From Microgenomates group bacterium Gr01-1014_5 (GTDB lineage Bacteria > Patescibacteriota > Microgenomatia > UBA8517 > UBA10165), in NCBI GenBank assembly GCA_007376395.1, contig VMGE01000005.1, positions 2,821 to 66,820 on the forward strand: a DNA stretch of 64,000 nucleotides, in the 5' to 3' direction. Every line of letters begins with the position of its first letter. The stretch's first letter is position 1. Below the pieces are notes generated by a model, which was not told the DNA's origin, ran no database searches, and saw only the letters and a list, made by a program, of their open reading frames with translations. Positions 41,636-50,900 of this stretch are shown piece after piece. The translations under genes and the position numbers were made by a program.

Positions 41636-43159
41636 TTATTGTGTATGTACCAGTTTAAAAATTGTTTTTCCTTCCACCTTCCACTGTTTCTCAATTTTTG
41701 CCCAACCGAAGTTAGCAATTTCCGCCTTCCTGTGGTTTATTGGCTCACAAATCAGATCTTCGCAAACAACATAAAGTTGACGTGTTAAAGTGTTGGCTGT
41801 GTCAAGAGGGTTGATTTCACGAACCTTTGCGTTTGCCAGTTCGAAGAAATATAAATAACCTTCTTCGTAATTTCTTTCTGCTATCAGCCCAAAGTTAAAT
41901 GGTTCATTTGCCGAGTCTGCGATAATTTGTTTATTTATTTCTTGAACTTGCTGTACCTGTCTTTGGGGGGGATTTTTTATAGGATTGTTCTGTAAATTAA
42001 ACCAGATTAAAACAACTACTAACAATATTGCCGGGGTCTTAAGACCTTTTTGAAACAAACTTTGAACAATCGCGCCGACAAGTAAAAATGGGAGAGGAAA
42101 TAAGAATCCAAAATAATGTTCGTATATGTTTTGTTTTAGTAGCCCAAGACCTATTGCTCCGGTAAAAAACCATACAACCAGTAGGATGTAGGGTATTAAC
42201 CTTGTGTCTTTTCTTTTTTTCCAGAAATATCCAACCCACAAAGACAAAGCTAGGATAGAAAATGAAATCCACATCGTTCTTCCGAACGCGTGACCAGCAG
42301 TTAATAACCTTCCAATAAACTGCTCTCTCCAAAACGGCTCTAAGAAAGGTAGAGCTCCCCAGGGTTTAGCCGAAACTGTTGTTTGCCTTTCCAAAAAGAA
42401 ACGCTTTAATGAATTGAAGTTCAACCAATCATGTTTTGCATCAAAAAGCACCAATGGAAACATTAAGAGTGTAAAAATTAAAAGGCTAAAACCTGAAAAT
42501 TTAAAGAAGATGGAAATTTTTTTCTTATCGAGCCATAAACTCTTTAATGTTAGTAGCCAGTAAAGGATCAACAGAGGAGCCAATAAAAGCCCCAAATAAT
42601 GCGATTGCAGGGAAACGGCAAAAGAAAAACCTAAGACCAGCAACCATTTAAATTCTGCATATTTCCAGACACGCCAAACAGACCAAACAGAAAGGAGAGC
42701 AAAAAAAGGCATAATATTCGGATTCCAAGAGTGTTTTGCAAGATTAATAACGCTTGGCGAAACAGCATAAAGAGCAGCCGCAGAAAACGCGGCCGCCTTA
42801 CCAAACCATTCCCGCGAAGTAATCCAGATTAAAAATACGGTTGCTGTTGAAGTTAAAGCGACAAAAACCGCAGGGCCGGTGGGAGAAAACCCAAAAAGTA
42901 GTAAAAACGGGGAAATTAAATAATAATAAGCCGGGCCAAGATACATATCTCCAATGGAAGTTCTGGGTCCGATAAACATTAGGTCAAAATCCGTTAAGAA
43001 GCGCCTTACCACCCGCAAATCTCTTCCTTCGTCTCCTAAAAAAGGAAGATATTCGTTAATTCTCCACAATCTAAATATTAAAGCGGCAAGAAGTATTGCC
43101 AAAATTAGCCAAAACTCTTTCTTGTTTTTGCTGATCCAGCTAAGGAGCCTGTCCATCAT
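41636..43159 (-). CDS. ArnT-like GT-C membrane glycosyltransferase, paralog B4
   Basis: FLGDEGRDLRVVRRFL motif. Confidence 0.6.
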   Translation of the reverse strand: MMDRLLSWISKNKKEFWLILAILLAALIFRLWRINEYLPFLGDEGRDLRVVRRFLTDFDLMFIGPRTSIGDMYLGPAYYYLISPFLLLFGFSPTGPAVFVALTSTATVFLIWITSREWFGKAAAFSAAALYAVSPSVINLAKHSWNPNIMPFFALLSVWSVWRVWKYAEFKWLLVLGFSFAVSLQSHYLGLLLAPLLILYWLLTLKSLWLDKKKISIFFKFSGFSLLIFTLLMFPLVLFDAKHDWLNFNSLKRFFLERQTTVSAKPWGALPFLEPFWREQFIGRLLTAGHAFGRTMWISFSILALSLWVGYFWKKRKDTRLIPYILLVVWFFTGAIGLGLLKQNIYEHYFGFLFPLPFLLVGAIVQSLFQKGLKTPAILLVVVLIWFNLQNNPIKNPPQRQVQQVQEINKQIIADSANEPFNFGLIAERNYEEGYLYFFELANAKVREINPLDTANTLTRQLYVVCEDLICEPINHRKAEIANFGWAKIEKQWKVEGKTIFKLVHTQ

Positions 43160-43944
43160 TTTCTCTTTTTGATATTTTTCCAGGGGCGACCAAGAAATAG
43201 CCGAGTTAAACCTTTAATATCTCCCCAGGCTGTTTTTGCAACTTTAACAGTAGAGCGCGGATCATCCCGCCAAACAATAGGGACTTCTACGACTTTATAT
43301 CCTGCTTTATCGGCAAGAATTAACAATTCAGAATCAAAAAACCATCCCTTATCTTCGATGAATGGTAAAAGTTTTTTTGCGGCCTCTTGTCTTATACCCT
43401 TAAACCCGCACTGTGCATCATGAAAACTTGTCCAAAAAAAGAGCTTAATTAGCAGATTGTAGCCGCGGGACATAACTTCCCGGGTTAGAGTCCTACCGTA
43501 AACTTTCGCCCCGCGCGCAAGACGCGAGCCTGTGGCCAAATCCGCACCTTGTTCTAAAACCCGAACTAATCGAGGAAGATATTTTAAATCAGAAGAAAGA
43601 TCGACATCCATGTAACAGAGAATATCGGCTTTACTTTTTAACCAAATCTCTTTTAGGGCATTACCTCTTCCGGGAGTCGGAATAAGCGTATAAACGACAT
43701 TGTCAAACTCCTGGGAAAGCTTCTTCGAGACTTCGCGAGTTCTGTCTTTTGACGGACCGTTGTCGGCAATAATTAACTTCCAGTTATAGTTTTTAAAGTT
43801 ATTTTTTAAAAAACGCTGAAGAACCGGAACGTTTCGCGGTAGATCTACTTCTTCATTATAAACTGGAATAACTACCGCAAGATTAGTTTTTGTTGGCATA
43901 CTAAAGTTGGCTAGATTTGCTTCTCGCCTTTGAAATGATACCAT
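43156..43944 (-). CDS. GT2 polyprenol-phosphate glycosyltransferase
   Basis: LAVVIPVYNEEVDL...LIIADNGPSKDRT...YMDVDLSSD. Confidence 0.8.
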   Translation of the reverse strand: MVSFQRREANLANFSMPTKTNLAVVIPVYNEEVDLPRNVPVLQRFLKNNFKNYNWKLIIADNGPSKDRTREVSKKLSQEFDNVVYTLIPTPGRGNALKEIWLKSKADILCYMDVDLSSDLKYLPRLVRVLEQGADLATGSRLARGAKVYGRTLTREVMSRGYNLLIKLFFWTSFHDAQCGFKGIRQEAAKKLLPFIEDKGWFFDSELLILADKAGYKVVEVPIVWRDDPRSTVKVAKTAWGDIKGLTRLFLGRPWKNIKKRK

Positions 43945-43953
43945 ATAAGATAA

Positions 43954-45141
43954 ATGGTAGGAAAATATACACTCCGATTACTTCGCTACAAATATTTTTT
44001 AGTGCTGGCCGCGGCCTCAATATTAACCACTGTTGCCGTTTGGTTGCCCTTTTTACTAAGACTTGATTCGTTTTGGGGTATTTCTCTCCCAAAAGATGGA
44101 ATGGCAACTATCGTGGCCAATTACGATGGTCTTTTCTATATCGTTGCCGCAAAATCCTGGTATGATCCTGCAGCTATTACTGGTCAGTATCCTTTTCAAC
44201 TTGAGCCAATTTATTATTCTGCCCATTACCCTCTTTACCCATTGTTAATACGAGGAGTTGCGACCGTCTTTCCTTTCTTAGGCTATCCTTACGCCATGAT
44301 TATTACGACTCTGGTCTCGGGTATTCTTGCAGTAATAATGTTTTACCTGTTATTACTAGAGTTAGGTTTAAAAAAACAGGCCTTGTGGCTGGCTCTACTC
44401 TTTACCTTTTTCCCGGCTCGCTGGTTAGTTGTGCGCTCTATCGGCTCTCCTGAGCCGCTCTTTATTTTTACAATTCTTGCTTCAATTTATTTCTTCTTAA
44501 AAGAAAAATGGTGGTACGCGGCATTCTTCGGAGCCTTAGCGCAATTGACAAAGCCGCCAGGCATACTTTTATTCATCGGTTACATAATTGCTCTTATAGC
44601 CCCCTACTGGCAGAAGCTCGCCCATACAGACGCTCAGGATTGGTTAAGAAAGCTTCCCTGGAAAGCTTGGCCTTTACTTCTGATTCCTCTTACCCTTCTT
44701 AGTATTTACGCTTTTTACGGCTTGCGTTATGGAGACTTTTTTGCTTATTTTAATTCAGGCGACAACATCCACCTCACGTTTCCCCCTTTTCAAGCTTTTA
44801 ACCCGGGACAGGCTTGGGTGGGAACTTTTTGGTTAGAAGAAATCGTCTGGCTCTATCTTTTTGGAGCATTGGGGGTACTTTATTTGATTAAACAAAAAAA
44901 CGTTGTGCTCGCGTCTTTTGCCTCAGTTTTCTTTATTACCCTCATGTTTGTTTCACACAGGGATATCTCACGCTATAGCTTGCCCCTTGTTCCACTTCTC
45001 TACATTGCTTTCTCAAAAGTGCTCGACTTTAAGGAATTTAAATGGGTGGTTCTTGTTCTTTTAATACCGATTTATCTCTTCTCCATTGTTTTTATTGCCA
45101 ATAATGTCACTCCGGTCGGCGATTGGAAACCACTTCTTTGA
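43954..45141 (+). CDS. GT-C mannosyltransferase-like membrane protein (PIG-B/Alg9/GT87-like)
   Basis: 395 aa polytopic; C-terminal SHRDISRYSLP resembles H-x-E/D-x-R-F/Y motif; DGLFYIVAAKSWYD loop. Confidence 0.45.
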   Translation: MVGKYTLRLLRYKYFLVLAAASILTTVAVWLPFLLRLDSFWGISLPKDGMATIVANYDGLFYIVAAKSWYDPAAITGQYPFQLEPIYYSAHYPLYPLLIRGVATVFPFLGYPYAMIITTLVSGILAVIMFYLLLLELGLKKQALWLALLFTFFPARWLVVRSIGSPEPLFIFTILASIYFFLKEKWWYAAFFGALAQLTKPPGILLFIGYIIALIAPYWQKLAHTDAQDWLRKLPWKAWPLLLIPLTLLSIYAFYGLRYGDFFAYFNSGDNIHLTFPPFQAFNPGQAWVGTFWLEEIVWLYLFGALGVLYLIKQKNVVLASFASVFFITLMFVSHRDISRYSLPLVPLLYIAFSKVLDFKEFKWVVLVLLIPIYLFSIVFIANNVTPVGDWKPLL

Positions 45142-46375
45142 GATGTTTTGAAATAGATTTGTCTTGTATCCAACCAAATCCGGGAACCCTCCATCTCTTC
45201 CAGATAAAAACGTTATACATTGTGTAGTTATAAGGTACGATCAAAAAACCCACAGAAAAAACCAGAGCAATCTGACGAACCCAGATTGTGTCTCCAAATA
45301 TTTTTACCGCCATACCAATAACCCAGAACTGAATTATAATGGCTCCGACTGAGGTGAGATTAAATTGTAAAAATTTATACAGAAGTTTTAGAGAATTGGT
45401 AATCCTTTCTTTGGCAAAAGTCCACACGTTATTCATAGAAAAATTCCAAACAATTGCTATCTCTGTTGCGAGAGCAGCAGCCCAAGCAGTAGGAACAGCC
45501 AAAACTCCCCAAATTTCTTGATTGTTAATATGCGAGAAGTAGCTGGCAATATCTTTTGCAACTTGGGAACTGGAGAAAAACTCTAAGCCCAAAGAGTTAA
45601 TAACAAAGCCTAAAAAGCCAATTATGCCAAACTTTATAAAACGTTTTGAATCTCTAATTCGTAACTTAACAACCACCAAAAACGAATCAATTAAATCCTT
45701 ACGGCTGATTTTACTTGTTCCTTCTTTACGTTCATAAAAAATTATCGGAACCTCTGTAATTTTTGCGCCCAGTTTTGCTATTTCGTAAAGAATTTGGATT
45801 TTGTACGCATAGTACTTTGAATAAAGGTTGTCTAAGTTAACCTTTTTTAAATACTCTGTTTTTGTTAGTTTAAAACCAGAAGTCATGTCGTGAATACTGA
45901 ACATAAAAAGCATTAAACGCGCAAAAAGACTACCAAAAAAGCTCATTGCTTTGCGGTGAATTCCCCATTCTTTGGGAATTTCTCCTCCTTTGATATAACG
46001 CGAGCCAATAACGTGGTCTACCCCGCGGTCTAGTGCGGCGATTAACCGCTTAACGTCTTTAGGGTCGTGCTGAAAATCACTGTCCATTTCCATAATTGCG
46101 TCAGCTTTCATTGTCCCCATCGCATATTTCATTCCCTTGACATAATCTGCGCCAAGACCTCCTTTATCTGTAGAAAGTAAATGAACCTGGAGATACTTCT
46201 TCATCTTTTCCTGAACAATTTCCGCGGTTCCGTCAGGAGATTTACTATCAACAACTAATATTTCCACTTTGTGATTTTTAATTCCCTTCAACTCTCTTTT
46301 AACTAACACGTCCAGCATGCGCCCAATATTTTCACTCTCGTTATATGTAGGCATGACAATTACAATTTTTGACAT
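45107..46375 (-). CDS. Dpm1-like GT2 polyprenol-phosphate mannose/glucose synthase fused to C-terminal GtrA-like membrane domain
   Basis: IVIVMPTYNESENI...ILVVDSKSPDGT...EMDSDFQHDP; C-terminal 4 TM GtrA-like. Confidence 0.75.
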   Translation of the reverse strand: MSKIVIVMPTYNESENIGRMLDVLVKRELKGIKNHKVEILVVDSKSPDGTAEIVQEKMKKYLQVHLLSTDKGGLGADYVKGMKYAMGTMKADAIMEMDSDFQHDPKDVKRLIAALDRGVDHVIGSRYIKGGEIPKEWGIHRKAMSFFGSLFARLMLFMFSIHDMTSGFKLTKTEYLKKVNLDNLYSKYYAYKIQILYEIAKLGAKITEVPIIFYERKEGTSKISRKDLIDSFLVVVKLRIRDSKRFIKFGIIGFLGFVINSLGLEFFSSSQVAKDIASYFSHINNQEIWGVLAVPTAWAAALATEIAIVWNFSMNNVWTFAKERITNSLKLLYKFLQFNLTSVGAIIIQFWVIGMAVKIFGDTIWVRQIALVFSVGFLIVPYNYTMYNVFIWKRWRVPGFGWIQDKSISKHLKEVVSNRRPE

Positions 46376-46382
46376 GGTTTTA

Positions 46383-47153
46383 CTATACTGACAAAAACTT
46401 CTTAAGTCGAGTCTTTACCAAAAAAATTGGGGTGTAAAAAAGGTATTCCATGCCCAGTTTTGAATCTCCTGCTGTTCTGTCTATAAAATTTATCGGTACC
46501 TGACTTACTTTAAATCCTGCTTCAATTGTGTGATAGGCAAAAGAAATATTAAAGGTATAACCCTTAAACGCGGCGTCTTTTTCCATCACAGGAACAACTT
46601 TTTGAAAAACTTCTTTCCTAAACGCCCGGTAGCCTGTTGTCCAATCGTTAATCGCTCTACTTTCTAAAAGAAGTTGTGTTGCTAAATTCCCAAAAATGGA
46701 TAGAAATTTCCTGTGCAGAGGCCAGTTTTTTGGAATCGAACCCCCTTTGATATAACGCGAACCAACAACAAAATCAGAACCTGTTTCGATTTTGTTTAAA
46801 ATTTTTGGCAAACAAACAGGGTCGTGCGACAAATCTGCGTCCATCGTGACAGCAATTTCAGCCTTCAATCTGCCAAATGCGTGTTTCATGCCGGATAGAT
46901 AAGCCGCCCCTAATCCTCTTTTTTGGGGCTCAAGTAAAAGGTGAACGTTTTTATATTTTTGTGATAGTGTTTTTACTACAATAGATGTTCCGTCTGGAGA
47001 ATTTCCGTCGACAATTAAAATTTGCGGATTCCATTTTTTTAACTTAAGAAATGTTCTTCTTAACTTAACTATTATCCTTTTTGTATTTTCTTTTTCATTG
47101 TAGGTAGGAATTACAACAACTAATTTAGACATATGGGTGAGTATAGCAATCAA
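46383..47153 (-). CDS. Dpm1-like GT2 polyprenol-phosphate sugar synthase
   Basis: LVVVIPTYNEKENT...ILIVDGNSPDGT...MDADLSHDP. Confidence 0.8.
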   Translation of the reverse strand: MIAILTHMSKLVVVIPTYNEKENTKRIIVKLRRTFLKLKKWNPQILIVDGNSPDGTSIVVKTLSQKYKNVHLLLEPQKRGLGAAYLSGMKHAFGRLKAEIAVTMDADLSHDPVCLPKILNKIETGSDFVVGSRYIKGGSIPKNWPLHRKFLSIFGNLATQLLLESRAINDWTTGYRAFRKEVFQKVVPVMEKDAAFKGYTFNISFAYHTIEAGFKVSQVPINFIDRTAGDSKLGMEYLFYTPIFLVKTRLKKFLSV

Positions 47154-47171
47154 ACAGGATTAGTGTAAAAT

Positions 47172-47918
47172 GTGATTTATATGAGAATTGATATTTTAAC
47201 GCTTTTTCCAGGGATGTTTTCTGGCGCTTTTGACGAAAGTATAGTCGGTCGCGCGCAAAAACAAGGTAAGGTCGAAATAAAGATTCACCAGCTAAGAGAC
47301 TGGTCTACTGACCGTCATCAAACAGTTGACGATCGCCCATTCGGGGGCGGAGTCGGTATGCTTCTTAAAATTGAACCCATATATGAAGCTCTAAAAGAGC
47401 TTAAATCAAAAATCAAATCCGACCCGCTTCGCGAGGCGAGTCAAATCGGATTCAAAAATCAAATCCGATCAAATCGGATTCAAAAATCAAAAACTATTTT
47501 ATTAGACGCAGGCGGAAGTAGGTATACACAGTCCAAAGCTCGCGAGTTGTCAAAGGCTGAACACATCATACTAATCTGCGGCCGCTACGAAGGAGTGGAT
47601 CACAGAATCCGCGAACATTTAATTGACGAAGAAATCTCTATTGGGGATTATATTTTAACAGGCGGAGAAATTCCGGCAATGGTAATCGCAGACAGCGTAA
47701 CAAGGTTAATTCCAGGCGTTTTGACCAAAGAAGAAGCTGTTCAGCTCGAGTCCTTTTCACTACCCACTACTGACGACTTACAAGTCGAGTATCCCCAATA
47801 TACGCGCCCAGAAAATTTCAAGGGTTGGAAAGTCCCAGAAGTATTGTTATCAGGAAATCATAAAAAAATTGAGTGGTGGAAAAAAGAAGAATCTAATAAA
47901 AGATCGAAAAAGAGATAG
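47172..47918 (+). CDS. trmD: tRNA (guanine37-N1)-methyltransferase TrmD, with ~20-aa repeat-encoded insertion
   Basis: RIDILTLFPGMF...DRHQTVDDRPFGGGVGML...LICGRYEGVDHRI...SIGDYILTGGEIPAMV. Confidence 0.9.
   Translation: MIYMRIDILTLFPGMFSGAFDESIVGRAQKQGKVEIKIHQLRDWSTDRHQTVDDRPFGGGVGMLLKIEPIYEALKELKSKIKSDPLREASQIGFKNQIRSNRIQKSKTILLDAGGSRYTQSKARELSKAEHIILICGRYEGVDHRIREHLIDEEISIGDYILTGGEIPAMVIADSVTRLIPGVLTKEEAVQLESFSLPTTDDLQVEYPQYTRPENFKGWKVPEVLLSGNHKKIEWWKKEESNKRSKKR
47441..47496 (+). repeat. 28-bp (4x7) tandem duplication inside trmD, with a third partial copy at 47401..47423
   Basis: tcaaatcggattcaaaaatcaaatccga / tcaaatcggattcaaaaatcaaaaacta back to back; in frame, encodes SQIGFKNQIRSNRIQKSK. 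Confidence 0.8.
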
Positions 47919-48401
47919 TTATTTAGTTAACTCCAAAAACTCATCATAGGTTCGAATATAATCAGCTTCGTTATAATATGCATCTGCGTATACCAAGATT
48001 AAACAGTCGGCGGAGAAATCAGTCATATCGTGCCAGATTAAGCCGTCAAGTATAACTCCGAAATCGGGTGAATCAACCTTAACAACTTGTTTATTTTTAC
48101 CATCGTCAAGTAGAAGAGTAAAAGATCCACGAAGGGCGCGAATTACTTGTTTAAGTTGGCGATGTGCGTGTTTGCCGCGCAAGGCTTCAGGACGGGTAAG
48201 TTCGTCAATATCATAAACCCTTTCTATGTTAAAGGGTATGTTTTTTCTTGCTTCAGCAACCCTAATAACCCCGTCGGGTTTATCCGGAATGATTTGCATT
48301 CTTACAACTCCTGAGTGCGTGACGCCCAACTCAACATTTCCAGCAACTAATTCTTTGAGACTTATTGTTCCATTACTCGCTGTATTTCTCTCCGTATCCA
48401 T
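47919..48401 (-). CDS. dTDP-4-dehydro-6-deoxyglucose 3,4-ketoisomerase, FdtA/WxcM C-terminal cupin type
   Basis: NIPFNIERVYDIDE...RGKHAHRQLKQV...LLDDG...SPDFGVILDGLIWHDMTDFSADCLILVYADAYYNEADYIRTYDEF closely parallels FdtA. Confidence 0.7.
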   Translation of the reverse strand: MDTERNTASNGTISLKELVAGNVELGVTHSGVVRMQIIPDKPDGVIRVAEARKNIPFNIERVYDIDELTRPEALRGKHAHRQLKQVIRALRGSFTLLLDDGKNKQVVKVDSPDFGVILDGLIWHDMTDFSADCLILVYADAYYNEADYIRTYDEFLELTK

Positions 48402-48435
48402 AATTTTGAATTTTAACTTTTAAATTTTGAATTAG
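48401..48435. repeat. A/T-rich heptanucleotide tandem array (5 units)
   Basis: taatttt gaatttt aactttt aaatttt gaattag, between start of 47919..48401 and stop of 48437..48997. Confidence 0.8.
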
Positions 48436-48436
48436 T

Positions 48437-48997
48437 TTAAGTGTGTTTATCTGCAATTGAAGAAGCGCCATACGATTCTGGTTTTGTTTTTGCAACATAT
48501 CCCGAACCGGTAACCATACCAACAACTTCTTTAATCATATCGCGCGTTGGTCCAATTGGACCAACGTCGATGTGAATTTCTAAGTCGTAACTACTGGCAG
48601 GTATTGCCCTTCTAAGTTCAGGAACAAGCCGTTCCGCAAGCTGGAGAGAGAGAAGAGTTTCGGTATAAATTTTATCTCTAAGAACGTATTTTTTATGTTC
48701 TCTGTGTTTGTTATAAAAATAGCGCCCTCCGCGCCCAATTCTGTGAATTACTATCGCAGAAACAAAATCGATTTCAGCGTCCCCATTAATCCTTTTAGCC
48801 TGGGAGTCCGTACCTACTACCACTCTATAGGAGGCGTGTTTGTGTTCATTTATAAACGAGGAAATTTCTGTAATAACCAGAGCGAGAGTCAACTCTCCCT
48901 TGGTTGGGCTCCAGAAAACTTCTTTACTGTTTGACACTCCATCGCTTGTCTCAATCATCTTGAGGCTAATTATATCACTTTCAGAGCCCCAAATCAC
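48437..48997 (-). CDS. YkuK-like RNase H-fold protein (DUF458)
   Basis: SPTKGELTLALVI...YRVVVGTDSQ...VSAIVIHRIGRGGRYFY pattern as in B. subtilis YkuK family. Confidence 0.55.
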   Translation of the reverse strand: MIWGSESDIISLKMIETSDGVSNSKEVFWSPTKGELTLALVITEISSFINEHKHASYRVVVGTDSQAKRINGDAEIDFVSAIVIHRIGRGGRYFYNKHREHKKYVLRDKIYTETLLSLQLAERLVPELRRAIPASSYDLEIHIDVGPIGPTRDMIKEVVGMVTGSGYVAKTKPESYGASSIADKHT

Positions 48998-48998
48998 T

Positions 48999-49295
48999 TT
49001 AAAAGTCCCAAATGACCGATAACAGCACTGTTACGCCCAGTGCCGCGACAGCTATATATTCTAAGACAATTTTCGGGTGAAGATCGTCGTGAATATGGTG
49101 GTGCACAAACCCCCAAACCACAAACGCTGTGCCCAAGGCAATGCTCAGGGCTGTTTGGAAATACTTGTCGTAGTTAAAAACGGAAAAACCAACGTAAGCT
49201 ACCACAAGAATCCCCAATAGGCTTAAATAATGAACAATATGGCGCGAAAATTCTTTCATATATTTAGAGTATATTCCCTGCTTTCGAAATAACAA
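48999..49295 (-). CDS. small membrane protein, hypothetical
   Basis: 98 aa, 3 TM, His-rich loop HHHIHDDLH. Confidence 0.4.
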   Translation of the reverse strand: MLFRKQGIYSKYMKEFSRHIVHYLSLLGILVVAYVGFSVFNYDKYFQTALSIALGTAFVVWGFVHHHIHDDLHPKIVLEYIAVAALGVTVLLSVIWDF

Positions 49296-50124
49296 TTACC
49301 CCCATCACCATGGCTAAAAACAGCAAGTGGGCAAAACTTTTAGACGAAACACGAGCTGTATTTCTCTGCCCCACAATAATCATATCTATTGAAAGTACTA
49401 AGAAAAAGAGAGAAACAAGGAAAAAGGCCAGATTGCGCTTGGCAAAGAACGGAGACAGGAAAATTCCCGCTTTCTCTTGGGCGGATCCCGCAACCTTGGC
49501 CAATTCGGGAATAGTGGTTACCTGGGTCTCTTTTTGGCGGACATTAATTGCCCCATTTCCCATTTTTGTACCAAAAAATTGGACTACCAGGGTAGTCTGT
49601 ACCCCATCAAGTTCTCCTTTTACAACAGCAACGCCAATATCCTGATAACGGCTGGATAATAGATTTTCTTTGTGCGAAGGCGAATTCACCCAAGCTTTAA
49701 CAACACTTTCCGAATTAGCAAAGTCCCGGGCTAAGTTTTCCCCTGCATACCGATACTGGTAACCCGAATCGCTGACAAATTTCCAAGGTTCAGTTCCATC
49801 AGGAGCCGTGTGTGCCCAAAAGTTTTTGGCAATCATATACGAAGCTTTCCCTAGCGCCGCCTGGGTAAGTGCCGGATCAGTCGTTACTTTTGGAACACCT
49901 GCCGCCTCCCGTTCTTTGTTAGTTAAATCTATAACTTCTTCAGGAGAAACGCTGGAAACATAACCTAAAACTATTGGTGTGAAGCGGGGAATAAAAGGCA
50001 TGACAAGCTGCGTCAGTAAAAACATGGCTACAGAAATGCCAATCATTAATGGATGTAGAAGTTTTGCTTTGTGGTTATTAGAGATATGGGGAAAGACGAG
50101 GTAGACGATTAAGGCAGACAACAT
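49264..50124 (-). CDS. CAP (SCP/PR-1-like) domain membrane protein
   Basis: KAWVNSPSHKENLLSSRYQDIGVAVV, CAP domain flanked by TM segments. Confidence 0.55.
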   Translation of the reverse strand: MLSALIVYLVFPHISNNHKAKLLHPLMIGISVAMFLLTQLVMPFIPRFTPIVLGYVSSVSPEEVIDLTNKEREAAGVPKVTTDPALTQAALGKASYMIAKNFWAHTAPDGTEPWKFVSDSGYQYRYAGENLARDFANSESVVKAWVNSPSHKENLLSSRYQDIGVAVVKGELDGVQTTLVVQFFGTKMGNGAINVRQKETQVTTIPELAKVAGSAQEKAGIFLSPFFAKRNLAFFLVSLFFLVLSIDMIIVGQRNTARVSSKSFAHLLFLAMVMGVIVISKAGNIL

Positions 50125-50133
50125 ACTATGATA

Positions 50134-50430
50134 TTACACCTCGTACGTTGGCTCGACAAGTTGGCGTCTGCCGTTAACAGGAACGCCCAAAGCCCAGCCT
50201 AAAGTATTGGCGACCGACACACCAACGCGCAATCCAGTAAACGAACCCGGACCAAGATTGACTTCAATTTCAGTGATATCATTTTGCGACTTACCTATTT
50301 TGGCAAGTTCCGCCTCAATCACCCCCAACAACTGCTGCGATTTACCTTCCCTTGAATCTGTCTCAATTTTTTCTGTGCCAAGACCAACGATAATTTTTTC
50401 AGAGTTACTTGTATCGATATATAGCTTCAT
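50134..50430 (-). CDS. tsaB: minimal TsaB (YeaZ) N-terminal-domain-only homolog, t6A biosynthesis
   Basis: MKLYIDTSNSEKIIVGL...LGPGSFTGLRVGVSVANTL; 98 aa; ATGA overlap with tsaE. Confidence 0.7.
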   Translation of the reverse strand: MKLYIDTSNSEKIIVGLGTEKIETDSREGKSQQLLGVIEAELAKIGKSQNDITEIEVNLGPGSFTGLRVGVSVANTLGWALGVPVNGRRQLVEPTYEV

Positions 50431-50900
50431 CTTGTGTGACCCATCGGGTAATTAACTGATATTTTTCGCCTAGTCTCATCAATTTGTTCAAACGTTATCC
50501 AAATAGCGCTAGCCGGAATTGACTCCCGCGACTTATCAGCCCACTCAATGACTGTGATATTCTCTGGTTTTCCCCAAGTGTCCTTTAAACCAATCTTCGT
50601 AATTTCATCTTCAATATTACCTTCTAACCTATACAAGTCGATGTGGTAAAAATTTGTAATTTGGGATTTGTTTTTTGGAATTTCATATTGTCTTTGCAGT
50701 ATGAATGTGGGGCTAATGATTTTTTCTTTAATTCCTAAACCTTCTGCGAGTCCTTGGACAAAGGTAGTCTTTCCGCTTCCCAAATCCCCCACAAGCGCCA
50801 GAACTATACCGTTATGGCCTTTTAGACGATTTGCAAAATCGCGGCCAATTTTTTTAGTCTCTTCGGCGCTCTGGGTAAATATTTGGTAATTAAAGTCCAT
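50427..50900 (-). CDS. tsaE: tRNA threonylcarbamoyladenosine biosynthesis ATPase TsaE (YjeE)
   Basis: LVGDLGSGKTTFVQG...SPTFIL...YHIDLYRL. Confidence 0.85.
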   Translation of the reverse strand: MDFNYQIFTQSAEETKKIGRDFANRLKGHNGIVLALVGDLGSGKTTFVQGLAEGLGIKEKIISPTFILQRQYEIPKNKSQITNFYHIDLYRLEGNIEDEITKIGLKDTWGKPENITVIEWADKSRESIPASAIWITFEQIDETRRKISVNYPMGHTR

